Positions 28,579 to 36,795 of a DNA stretch of 64,000 nucleotides are shown here, in pieces. Location: positions 1 to 64,000 of IMG/VR virus record IMGVR_UViG_3300020192_000009; one strand, written 5' to 3'. The first letter of the stretch is position 1. The number at the start of each line of letters is the position of its first letter. A program made the translations under genes and the position numbers. Origin of the DNA: a virus. The notes beneath the pieces were generated by a model. It was not told where the DNA came from. It saw nothing but the letters and a program-made list of their open reading frames with translations, and did no database searches.

Positions 28579-30750
28579 TTAACGCCACATGCTGAAAGTG
28601 CCGCTTAGCGCTTTACCGCTTGCGACAATAGGCAACAGCTTGCCGCTCTTCGGATCTTTGCGTAACAAAGGTTGCCCCTTTGCATTGCGTGCAAGTGCAT
28701 TGATCGGCACTGTGGTGTAAGCATTGCGCGCGTCTAGCGCCAACACCATCAACTTGCTGTCAACTTCACGTTTTGCTGCAGTAAGTGCCCACCCCATAAG
28801 TTTGCGAATGGTGTCTGTTGATTGCGCCCAGAAAGGCACCGGGGAGCTTAATTCGGTGTACACCGGCACTGTAGGCGCACCAGGGAACGCCGAAGATCCC
28901 TTGATAAACGGTTGCGCGATAATATTGAAAGCAGCTTGTCGCGTTAACGTTTGTTTTTGGTCAGATGCGGCGCGCGCAATTGCATACGCAATAGCTGCTT
29001 CCCAAGCATTGCGCGCTAGTGCCAACTTATCAGCGGGCACAATGGTTCGCACACTTGGGGCCTTCACCTTTGGCGCAGACTTTGATTTTGGCGCAGGCTT
29101 TGCCTTTGGTGCAGGTGGTGTGTACGAATTGACGGCTGTTGTGACTTTCTCGCGAAAGGCATCGTCAGGCATCTGCCAAAAGGACACGGCGGGGTTTGGT
29201 GCATCAAGCACAATGCCAGCGGCTTTCAAGACCGCCGCAGCTTTGTTGATTGCCGCTTGTCGCGATAATCCGGGCTCTGCAGCTTTTACGCGTGCAAGCG
29301 TTTCTTGAAATGCGCCTGCGACCAATTGGCGTTTCATTTCCATACTGGCCGTGGCCGTGTTGGCTTTCGTTGTCGCTTCGTTTGCGGCTACAACATTGCT
29401 TTGGACAGCCGCTTTCGCTTCTTCACGTTGTGCCACCGCTTGCGTCACAGCCTCTGTTGCGGCTTGCACGGTGGTAGCTTGTGCTGCCGCTGCTGTGGTC
29501 GCTGTTTGCTGTACTTGCTGCGCTTGTGCGGCACGCGCTTGTAATTGTTTGGCGTGTTGCGCTTGTAACGCAGCTTCGCGTTCAAGGCCGCGGCGTCGAG
29601 TCGCATTGGCTTCTTCACGGGCTGCGGTTGCAAGGCCCGTAGCTTGGGCAGCCGCAGCTTCAGCGGCTGCAATGGCAGCAGCAGCAGCCGATCCCGCATT
29701 GGTCGCAAGCGTTTCAGCTGCTATTTGCCGACGTTGCGCATCAGCGGCAGCACCGCTTGCAGCAGCTGCGCGCGCGTTGGCAGCATCTACCGATGCCGCA
29801 GCGGCCCGTGCTGCGCCTGCGGAAACATCGGCATCTTTACGCAATTTATCAATTGCAAAATCATCCGCGCGCGCTTTGCGTGCAATGAAGAATGCCGCCA
29901 ACCCAGCAAGGCTGGCAAGGCCGAGGCTCAATGCGACCTTTTTCTTTGGTGACACTGGCATACCAAGTTTGCTGCGTGTGGCGCGAGCGCGAGCGCCTTC
30001 GAGTCTCATGGGATATTTGTACACGTTGTCAACTCCTGCGGAAAAGCCCAAGTCTAAAATTTTCCAAGTGCCGTCGTCTGCAACGCCGACATTCTTGATA
30101 TGCAAATCGTTCGTGGGCACAAGGCCCGTGTCGGATTGTACCGTTTCAATGTTGTCACGAAACACTTCAAGCGCTTCGCGGCAAGCGTTATCGCCAACGC
30201 CTTTCTTATTCGTACAGCATGTTTCAGGTGCTGTGAGGTCACCGCGTTGAAAACGCCCCCATGCTTTACGGTCAAAACCGGTGGCGACCAAACAAGCTAA
30301 GGGTTTTTTCCAACGTGCGGCCAATGGTGCAAGGCGTTCAACTTCAACAGCGTACACAGTAGGAGGTGCATACCCTGTTGCGCCTTTCGGACGCCCTAAC
30401 CAGCGCGTTCGCGCCGGTTGCAATTCGTAAACGTCAATCATCTCGGGGATCACGTCATAGCTTTGACCCTGTTGCAAACTGGCAATGTCTGACACATCGG
30501 TTGTCAGCTTGACGACGGTCTTGGCCGTGGGCCCATCGTAAGCGCAGGCAAACGCACCACAACCGATAACCACGGGGGGCCCTTCGGGGAATAAGCGCGC
30601 TTGCTGGGTCGGTGAGAGGCACACAGAGTACTTGCCGCTAGTGGGCAACCATGCGCGTGATACGCCTTGCCGTAAGCACACTTCAGCGCCGGGTGGCGCC
30701 GCAGGGCCCCTGCCAAGGGTTTTCACACGCTTTAGTTTTGGGTAGGCCAC
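28579..30750 (-). CDS. protein-kinase-like domain + TM + Ala-rich coiled coil
   Basis: GCGAFA, VVKLT, DLHIKN, ILDLG; TM helix; long helical stalk. Confidence 0.75.
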   Translation of the reverse strand: MAYPKLKRVKTLGRGPAAPPGAEVCLRQGVSRAWLPTSGKYSVCLSPTQQARLFPEGPPVVIGCGAFACAYDGPTAKTVVKLTTDVSDIASLQQGQSYDVIPEMIDVYELQPARTRWLGRPKGATGYAPPTVYAVEVERLAPLAARWKKPLACLVATGFDRKAWGRFQRGDLTAPETCCTNKKGVGDNACREALEVFRDNIETVQSDTGLVPTNDLHIKNVGVADDGTWKILDLGFSAGVDNVYKYPMRLEGARARATRSKLGMPVSPKKKVALSLGLASLAGLAAFFIARKARADDFAIDKLRKDADVSAGAARAAAASVDAANARAAAASGAAADAQRRQIAAETLATNAGSAAAAAIAAAEAAAAQATGLATAAREEANATRRRGLEREAALQAQHAKQLQARAAQAQQVQQTATTAAAAQATTVQAATEAVTQAVAQREEAKAAVQSNVVAANEATTKANTATASMEMKRQLVAGAFQETLARVKAAEPGLSRQAAINKAAAVLKAAGIVLDAPNPAVSFWQMPDDAFREKVTTAVNSYTPPAPKAKPAPKSKSAPKVKAPSVRTIVPADKLALARNAWEAAIAYAIARAASDQKQTLTRQAAFNIIAQPFIKGSSAFPGAPTVPVYTELSSPVPFWAQSTDTIRKLMGWALTAAKREVDSKLMVLALDARNAYTTVPINALARNAKGQPLLRKDPKSGKLLPIVASGKALSGTFSMWR

Positions 30751-30786
30751 CTACCGATGGTACGCCACCCGGCGCAGAGGCTCAAT

Positions 30787-31368
30787 TTACAGCCTGGCGC
30801 GCTTGCGGCCCCGTTTTGCGCTGGTGGCGAAATCCGCGCCAAAAACGGCATCCATAACATCGCCCACTTGGCGCAGACTATGACATTGTGGCGCGTTTTG
30901 CTCGGTGCCCACAATAACGTGGTCAAGCACGGGAATGCCCATCATCTTTCCGATTTCCCCAAGGCGCTTTGTCAGGTCTATGTCGGCTTTTGAAGGCGTG
31001 ACCAAGCCCGATGGATGGTTGTGTGCCAGGATGATCCGGCTAGCGTTGTTCAAGATGGCGCCTTTGAACACCTCACGGGGGTGGACTTCAACGCTGTCAA
31101 GTGTGCCAATGGCGACCCGTTCAGAACCAATCACCCGGTTGCGCACATCTAAATGCAGCACATGCATGTTTTCGCGATCTGAAGTCGCTATTCCACGCAC
31201 GTAATTGCAGGCGTCTTGCCCGCTTGTGACTGGTTGGCTTGGGCGACGCCCCGTCTTGCGCATGCACAATGTGATCGCCTGGTCGTCACGTTCCGGGGTG
31301 CAAATGCTGCCACCGGCACTAGCACGAGATGCGCGAGGCTTTTTCACGGGGTTGCTGCTGCTGCTCAT
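30787..31368 (-). CDS. radC: RadC-like JAB domain protein
   Basis: VHPREVF, AHNHPSG, S..D, LDHVIVG. Confidence 0.9.
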   Translation of the reverse strand: MSSSSNPVKKPRASRASAGGSICTPERDDQAITLCMRKTGRRPSQPVTSGQDACNYVRGIATSDRENMHVLHLDVRNRVIGSERVAIGTLDSVEVHPREVFKGAILNNASRIILAHNHPSGLVTPSKADIDLTKRLGEIGKMMGIPVLDHVIVGTEQNAPQCHSLRQVGDVMDAVFGADFATSAKRGRKRARL

Positions 31369-31396
31369 GCTTTCAAGCTATCACGCAACGTGCGGC

Positions 31397-31672
31397 CTAG
31401 CGAAAAAGCCAAGCCAGCGTAATGCCAAGGCCCAGAGCACTAACAGCGACAATTGCGCCTACAGCAACGCTTACAGCATGCCCATAGCCACGAGCGTCAA
31501 CCAACCGTTCTTCACAACGCCGGTCGGTTTCTATGACGCCCCGGTATTTCGCCGCAACCAACGCGTCTAATTGCGCTGTAACGGGGATTTCCATCCGAGT
31601 AGGGATCACCCCTTCAGGGTCGGTGTCCCCCGTGTCATCGGGGTCGGGTGGTAAACGAAAGGCCATGTACAA
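31397..31672 (-). CDS. small membrane protein
   Basis: C-terminal TM helix. Confidence 0.5.
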   Translation of the reverse strand: MYMAFRLPPDPDDTGDTDPEGVIPTRMEIPVTAQLDALVAAKYRGVIETDRRCEERLVDARGYGHAVSVAVGAIVAVSALGLGITLAWLFR

Positions 31673-31735
31673 GCCTGCAACGGCACACTATAGCTGTCAA
31701 TTTGAGCTATATAACAGCCTAACGCGTGAGGCGGC

Positions 31736-31963
31736 TTACGCCTTACAGATGCGTGCGCGATGCTTGCGGAGCCAACGAAGCTGATGCGCTGCAGAGTTTC
31801 GCGCGTCTTGCTTGCTTTCGGTGAAGTCGCCGCCACCGCTTTTGCCACCAACCACTTTGCCTTTGACTGTGGTTGTGACCACAAACTCACCTGCGTAGTT
31901 GTCCTTGTAAATTTGGACTTTGCAAGTGCCGTACTTAGTTGTGTGCAAAAGTTTTCGAGCCAT
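31736..31963 (-). CDS. small basic protein
   Basis: MARKLLHTTKYGTCKV... Confidence 0.55.
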   Translation of the reverse strand: MARKLLHTTKYGTCKVQIYKDNYAGEFVVTTTVKGKVVGGKSGGGDFTESKQDARNSAAHQLRWLRKHRARICKA

Positions 31964-31986
31964 GTACTGACTTTCGCCCAAATAGG

Positions 31987-32781
31987 CTAAAACGGCAAAT
32001 CGGCGTTCGCACGGGCTTTCTTGGCATCGCGTTTGGCGCTGGCTTTGGCGCGGGTCAACCGTGCGGCCAAAGCTTTAGCTTTTGGCGTATGCTTTTTACA
32101 GGATTCAACAGCTTGATCGGTGAGTAGCAACCTGGCCAAAGCTTCGGGCGCAACCACATCAGCCCGCAAGCCTGCAGCTGTTACCTGTTCTTCAAAGAAA
32201 GCCAGTCGTTCGGGGAGGTCCCGCCAACGTCGAGAACTTGGTAGGGTGCGGTACAAGGCTTCGACCCAGGTACCAACTTGATTGCGTCCGCGCAGATCCC
32301 ACCGAATGTCGAAGGCATCTAGGCCAACCTCGCGTTGCCCCGGCATTGGCTTAGGCCCTACGCGGCCATTGCGCACCCAGGCCCGGTAATTGGGTTCACC
32401 CAAGCTTTGCAGCCACGCCGACAGGCGGGGGTTTTCGTCCAACAACTCTTTCACAGCATCGGTTTTGGTACGAAACCCTTGAGGGCATTTGCCCTTCCGC
32501 CCATCGCGCCGCGTGACTCGGCAGTAAAGCGGCTTGCAGTACCGCCCAGCTTTGACGGCGGCCAACGCCTTGCGTAATTCAGCAAGACGTTGCCGGGTTT
32601 CGGGCAACATAGGCGCACCGAGCGTGCCGAACGCGTCACCTAGGTTGCTTGGTAGGGTGTAGGGCTGGATCTGCATGGCGGCGCTTTTGCGCAATGCCAG
32701 TAACAGTCCGCCCAAGCCCGCAACCCCAGCACCAACCAAAAGTGCAATCTGCCCTGCCTGCTGTTTTTCCGCCGCGTCCAT
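31987..32781 (-). CDS. membrane-anchored basic protein
   Basis: N-terminal TM; CAAGCT-N6-ATG. Confidence 0.55.
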   Translation of the reverse strand: MDAAEKQQAGQIALLVGAGVAGLGGLLLALRKSAAMQIQPYTLPSNLGDAFGTLGAPMLPETRQRLAELRKALAAVKAGRYCKPLYCRVTRRDGRKGKCPQGFRTKTDAVKELLDENPRLSAWLQSLGEPNYRAWVRNGRVGPKPMPGQREVGLDAFDIRWDLRGRNQVGTWVEALYRTLPSSRRWRDLPERLAFFEEQVTAAGLRADVVAPEALARLLLTDQAVESCKKHTPKAKALAARLTRAKASAKRDAKKARANADLPF

Positions 32782-32813
32782 CCTCTGAGCTTGACGGCAA
32801 CCGGCTATCGGTG

Positions 32814-33206
32814 TCAAACAGCGATGAAAGGCTTCAAGAAGGCCGCCAGGCCAGCACGCGACAGCGCGCCTTCGCTACGCGCAAGCTGTTTGCCATTCTT
32901 GTACAGCAACAAAGTAGGGATCGCCTGTACGTTGCACTTTGCAACTTGCTTTTCGCCATCGTCGAGATTGTATTTAAGACAAGCAATCGCGGCATAGGGT
33001 GGCGTTGCTAGCAACGCGTCTAGAACTTTGCCCATGCTTTTGCAGGGCGCGCACCATGGGGCCCAAAAGTCTACAAGGATGAGCGCGCCCGTAGGTGCGC
33101 CTGTCACTTGGGCTTTCCAAGTTTTGTCGGTAACAACGTTTTCAGCGTCGTGCGCTGTTGGTGCGAGTTTAGTGCTCGCGGCTTTTGCTTTAGGTTTGGT
33201 GGGCAT
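32814..33206 (-). CDS. trxA: thioredoxin
   Basis: VDFWAPWCAPCK, IPT. Confidence 0.9.
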   Translation of the reverse strand: MPTKPKAKAASTKLAPTAHDAENVVTDKTWKAQVTGAPTGALILVDFWAPWCAPCKSMGKVLDALLATPPYAAIACLKYNLDDGEKQVAKCNVQAIPTLLLYKNGKQLARSEGALSRAGLAAFLKPFIAV

Positions 33207-33231
33207 TGCTTGAACTCGTAACTTTTATAAT

Positions 33232-33823
33232 GTTGCAATTTTGAAAGGCATTGCACAGCCTTTATCGCGAAATCGCAAGCGGCGTTCGCCAAGCCGATGC
33301 ACGGGTTGCAATTTTGAAAGGCATTGCACAGCCTTTGTCACAAGAAGGAGGGCCAAGAGAATCGAGTTGCAATTTTGAAAGGCATTGCACAGCCTTTGGC
33401 ACGCACAGGCCGTACGTCTTTCACACTATTTTCGTCTCGTTGCAATTTTGAAAGGCATTGCACAGCCTTTGTCACAACGCTAGGGCTGCAGCTGCGTACG
33501 CGTGCGCGAAATCGTAAAACCCAGTGAACCACGGGGCGCTGCTGTATTGCCCGAAGTCTGTCATGAAAGTGTCGCTGCCGATACAGTGTATAACATGACA
33601 ACTGTTGTGGATCCGCAAAAAGAAACGAAATAGCTCGGCTTGTGGTGCTGCTGTTGTGAGGAAAAACACACGTTGTGGTGGTAGCTGAAACAGTCGGTAG
33701 ATCGCTACGTCTGCAAGTGCATTCATGGCAGCATCCGTGTTGCAATTTTGTAAGGCATTGCACAGCCTTTGTCACAAATATACCGACGCCGAACTCGTAA
33801 CTTTTTCAATGTTGCAATTTTGA
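33232..33823 (-). CRISPR. CRISPR-like array A (5 full repeats + 1 partial), no cas genes
   Basis: Repeats at 33232, 33305, 33366, 33439, 33739 and a partial at 33811-33823; intervals 36, 24, 36, 263 and 35 nt. Confidence 0.85.
33472..33726 (-). CDS. 84-aa ORF filling the interval between two repeats
   Basis: ATG 12 nt after one repeat; TGA stop supplied by the next repeat. Confidence 0.45.
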   Translation of the reverse strand: MNALADVAIYRLFQLPPQRVFFLTTAAPQAELFRFFLRIHNSCHVIHCIGSDTFMTDFGQYSSAPWFTGFYDFAHAYAAAALAL

Positions 33824-33969
33824 GCTTGCAACTCAAGCGGCGCGCGGTCTTCTTGCAATGCCACAAATACAGCTGTAACGCCGCAAGCTTCAAACGCTGC
33901 AACGATTTCACAAGCTAACTTGTAATGCGCTTTGTCGGCTTGCGGCCAATACGTGATTGCAACATGCAT
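33772..33969 (-). CDS. 65-aa ORF running into array A
   Basis: Starts 3 nt after the oxygenase stop; ends at the TGA within the repeat. Confidence 0.4.
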   Translation of the reverse strand: MHVAITYWPQADKAHYKLACEIVAAFEACGVTAVFVALQEDRAPLELQAQNCNIEKVTSSASVYL

Positions 33970-33972
33970 GCA

Positions 33973-34605
33973 TTACGCTTTTTTACGTTTTGCGTTTACA
34001 GGCTCGGGCGCAGGCGCTGCCGTGGGCACGGGCTCGGGCGCAGCAAAGCGCTTCATGTCGAAAAAGAACATCCAGAATAACCGTGCATTGGTTGGGTGAT
34101 GCCCAAAGTATGACGATGCTGCATGAATGAGCGCCCCATCCCAAATCACCAATCGATTGTAGACATTGCCGATCTTGTCTACCAATTCCCATTTGCTCGG
34201 GTCTAGCAAGTTGTTGTCGAACGTAGCGCTTGCCAGTGTTGGATTCAAAGGCGCGCGTCGTGCACCTGTGATCTTGCTGCGGTAAAGCGAAAGGCCCGCT
34301 TCCACAGGTGCATTGGGCGTTAGGTAAAGCGTTGCTGCATGCGTCTGCAAATCCGCGTGATAGACAATGGGGTCAAGCGGCGTGCAAATTTGAAAGCGGC
34401 CATTCATGCCGTGGCGATCCCAATCATCAACTTGCAGGCCTAGGGCGTCTTCCATCACCTGAGGATCAACCATGTGATGGAAACGCGCGGCGCTACGCAA
34501 ACCCTTGTGGTAGTCGCTTGGCCCAAATTCTTGCGAAAGCGCAAGCGCTCGCACGGCATCGGGATCGGGCAAGAAATCGTCAATAACGGTGATAACCCTA
34601 GGCAT
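33973..34605 (-). CDS. 2OG-Fe(II) oxygenase (DUF6445-like)
   Basis: VIDDF.PDPD.VR, HAD, YNRLVIWD, HAA, RL. Confidence 0.8.
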   Translation of the reverse strand: MPRVITVIDDFLPDPDAVRALALSQEFGPSDYHKGLRSAARFHHMVDPQVMEDALGLQVDDWDRHGMNGRFQICTPLDPIVYHADLQTHAATLYLTPNAPVEAGLSLYRSKITGARRAPLNPTLASATFDNNLLDPSKWELVDKIGNVYNRLVIWDGALIHAASSYFGHHPTNARLFWMFFFDMKRFAAPEPVPTAAPAPEPVNAKRKKA

Positions 34606-34767
34606 GCCGCGCAGCTTGCCAGCGTTTTGTACAGGAGGCAACGCTTTTGCTAAGCTTACACCCGTACGGTGTCTCGAAGGCCGGTAGCGCACTTAGGCAA
34701 ACCGTACATTGAGCGGACTCAGCCAAGGGTAGTGCCTTGGCGTGCTGGTCCGCTTTCTTATTTGTAG

Positions 34768-35478
34768 CTACAGCATCGCAAGATTGAGCTTGCGGCGTCT
34801 TTTACGAGAACGCGCCCCTTTGAGAACTGGCCGGTCTGCGACGTAATCCACGTTGTAACCAAGGTCGAGAATCTTCCACTTGCCTTTGGCGTTGCGCCCT
34901 AGGTTGGCGGCATGCCAGTCGAAGAACAACAGCTTACGTTCGCGAAACGCATCGCTTGTCTGTTGCACCATGGCCATTAGGCTGAGACAAGAAGACACCG
35001 TGTCAGCAACGGGTATGCGCGCAGCTGTCTTCAATGCGCGTACAATTTGCATATCACAACATTGCGCATGTACTTTTACAGCCGGGGTTCTACGGGCGCA
35101 TTTCAAACCGTCAGAAAGTGTTTCTGAAGCGGCTGTAGGTGTTAGCTTTTCGACGCGCATCGCCCAACGCTCGTCATTGCCTGCAATTTGCAGGGCACTA
35201 TACAGTGTCACAACACCGGGGATCCCCTGTGCGCCCATTGTGGTGTGCACGTCACCAGGATCGGTAGTCAACTTAATGACTTTGCCAGCCTCATCAGACT
35301 CGTAAACACAGGCATAACTGCCGCAACCGTAACGCTTGGGCTTTGTCATGCGCCGCCCGAACAACTTGACCCACTGGGTGTCTGTCAAGCAAGTTAGGCT
35401 GTACGAGGCTCCCGTGCGTAAGCAGCGGCGGCCAGCGTCATCAATGGTTACGGTGTAGTTTCGCGTGGGAGCGCTCAT
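34768..35478 (-). CDS. small protein-kinase-like protein (paralog of the 28579-30750 N-domain)
   Basis: GCGSYA, VIKLT, DWHAAN, WKILDLG; basic tail. Confidence 0.75.
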   Translation of the reverse strand: MSAPTRNYTVTIDDAGRRCLRTGASYSLTCLTDTQWVKLFGRRMTKPKRYGCGSYACVYESDEAGKVIKLTTDPGDVHTTMGAQGIPGVVTLYSALQIAGNDERWAMRVEKLTPTAASETLSDGLKCARRTPAVKVHAQCCDMQIVRALKTAARIPVADTVSSCLSLMAMVQQTSDAFRERKLLFFDWHAANLGRNAKGKWKILDLGYNVDYVADRPVLKGARSRKRRRKLNLAML

Positions 35479-35503
35479 CAGTAAACCAGTGTACGCCCAC
35501 GTC

Positions 35504-35767
35504 TTAGGGCTTGTCGAACACGCCTGCCATGCGTGATCTGAATTGCTTGTTGGCTTCCGCCCAGCCCGCGGCCCGGCCTTCGTAGTAGCCCGCATCAAAG
35601 TCTAGGGGAATCGCGCAGGCGATTCGTAGATGATTGCGCAGCCATTCGGTTAACGCGGCTTTACCGCCGCAACGCTCATGGGCCTGGGCAAGCAATTCGT
35701 TGGGCACCCGTAACGCTATCGGTGTGGAATCCCGAACATTGTACAAACCGCCTTTAGGTCGCGCCAT
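35504..35767 (-). CDS. ribbon-helix-helix-like regulator
   Basis: IALRVPNELL...LTEWLRNHL; divergent from the recombinase. Confidence 0.55.
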   Translation of the reverse strand: MARPKGGLYNVRDSTPIALRVPNELLAQAHERCGGKAALTEWLRNHLRIACAIPLDFDAGYYEGRAAGWAEANKQFRSRMAGVFDKP

Positions 35768-35818
35768 GCTGCTTACCGTACCACTTTTCGCAATTGAAGG
35801 CGCCATTTCGACAGGTTG

Positions 35819-35860
35819 GGGCCCAAAAACGACGGCTATTTTGGCCTTCGTTTTGGGCCC
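35819..35860. promoter_or_regulatory. imperfect inverted repeat in the divergent intergenic region
   Basis: GGGCCCAAAAACGACGGC-TATTTTG-GCCTTCGTTTTGGGCCC. Confidence 0.55.
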
Positions 35861-35990
35861 AGGCCTAACCCCCTGTTTTTATTGTGTTTTCTTAGGTAAC
35901 ATTTTGCTTGTCATCCTTACAAGGATGCCGTATGCTGGTTTCAATGGGGCGGCAAATTAACGCCGAAAACCCTCAGGTTAGGACGGTATT

Positions 35991-36707
35991 GTGGCGCATA
36001 AAGATGTCGATTCCGAAGCGGTCTATACCGTGCAAGAGATCCAACAGGTTTTGCGTACGGCACGCACTATAGGCACGCTTGCTTTCACATTGACAGCATG
36101 GTGCTACGAATTTGGCGCACGCACCGCAGAGCCGGGCCAACAGTTGTTGCGTGACGTGGACTTGCCGAACAATCGCGCACGGCCTACGCACCTCAAAGGT
36201 GGTGCTAGCAAGGCCTGGCAGTTCCTGATGCCCAATTGCCAAGCAGCCTTACCCCTGTGGCTTGCAGAACGCGAAACGCATATCAGCCAACCCACCCAAG
36301 CGCTTTATCTGTTTCCGGCACGCAAGCCAGGCAAGTGCCTTACTTGTGAAGGGACCGGCCAACGCGCAAAGCAAATGCGCGATGGTGAACGGCGCTTCAA
36401 GGGCCCACGTGTGCCTTGCCATCATTGCGCGGCTACGGGCAAACGATGGGGCATGGACCGCCGCGAAGTGTACGCAATCGTTGCGCCCGTGTTACGCGCA
36501 GCGGGTATGCCAAAGGGCCGCCAGCATCCACACGTTCTGCGCCACAGTGTGATCACACATATGCTTGACGCAGGCGTGGCTCCCAAAGTAATTCAAGAAC
36601 GTGTAGGGCATCGCAGTCTGCAAACGACACTCGACTATGTGAAAGCGACCGATGCGGGTCGTGCTGAAGTCATGGGCAAAATGAATGCCCTATTCGCAAA
36701 GCAATAA
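35991..36707 (+). CDS. tyrosine recombinase (catalytic domain only) with CxxC...CxxC insert
   Basis: GARTAE (R), LKGG (K), HPHVLRH (HxxR), VGH, TLDY (Y); CLTCEGTG and CHHCAATG. Confidence 0.9.
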   Translation: MAHKDVDSEAVYTVQEIQQVLRTARTIGTLAFTLTAWCYEFGARTAEPGQQLLRDVDLPNNRARPTHLKGGASKAWQFLMPNCQAALPLWLAERETHISQPTQALYLFPARKPGKCLTCEGTGQRAKQMRDGERRFKGPRVPCHHCAATGKRWGMDRREVYAIVAPVLRAAGMPKGRQHPHVLRHSVITHMLDAGVAPKVIQERVGHRSLQTTLDYVKATDAGRAEVMGKMNALFAKQ

Positions 36708-36730
36708 CAACAACAACAACAACAACAACA
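36706..36730 (+). repeat. (AAC)n microsatellite, about 8 units
   Basis: Directly after the recombinase stop, in the array leader. Confidence 0.9.
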
Positions 36731-36795
36731 AAAGCCAGAAAGTGAAAGTGCCTCCGACCAAGACTTTGGTGTACCAACGACTAAAGCGACAATTT

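Noticed and set aside
29351-30250. 299-aa + strand ORF and similar antisense ORFs throughout the window
   Set aside because: Shadows of Ala-rich genes on the opposite strand.
28579-30750. Large ORF near array A as a possible Cas effector
   Set aside because: It has kinase motifs, a TM helix and a coiled coil; no RuvC, HNH, HEPN or RAMP motifs.
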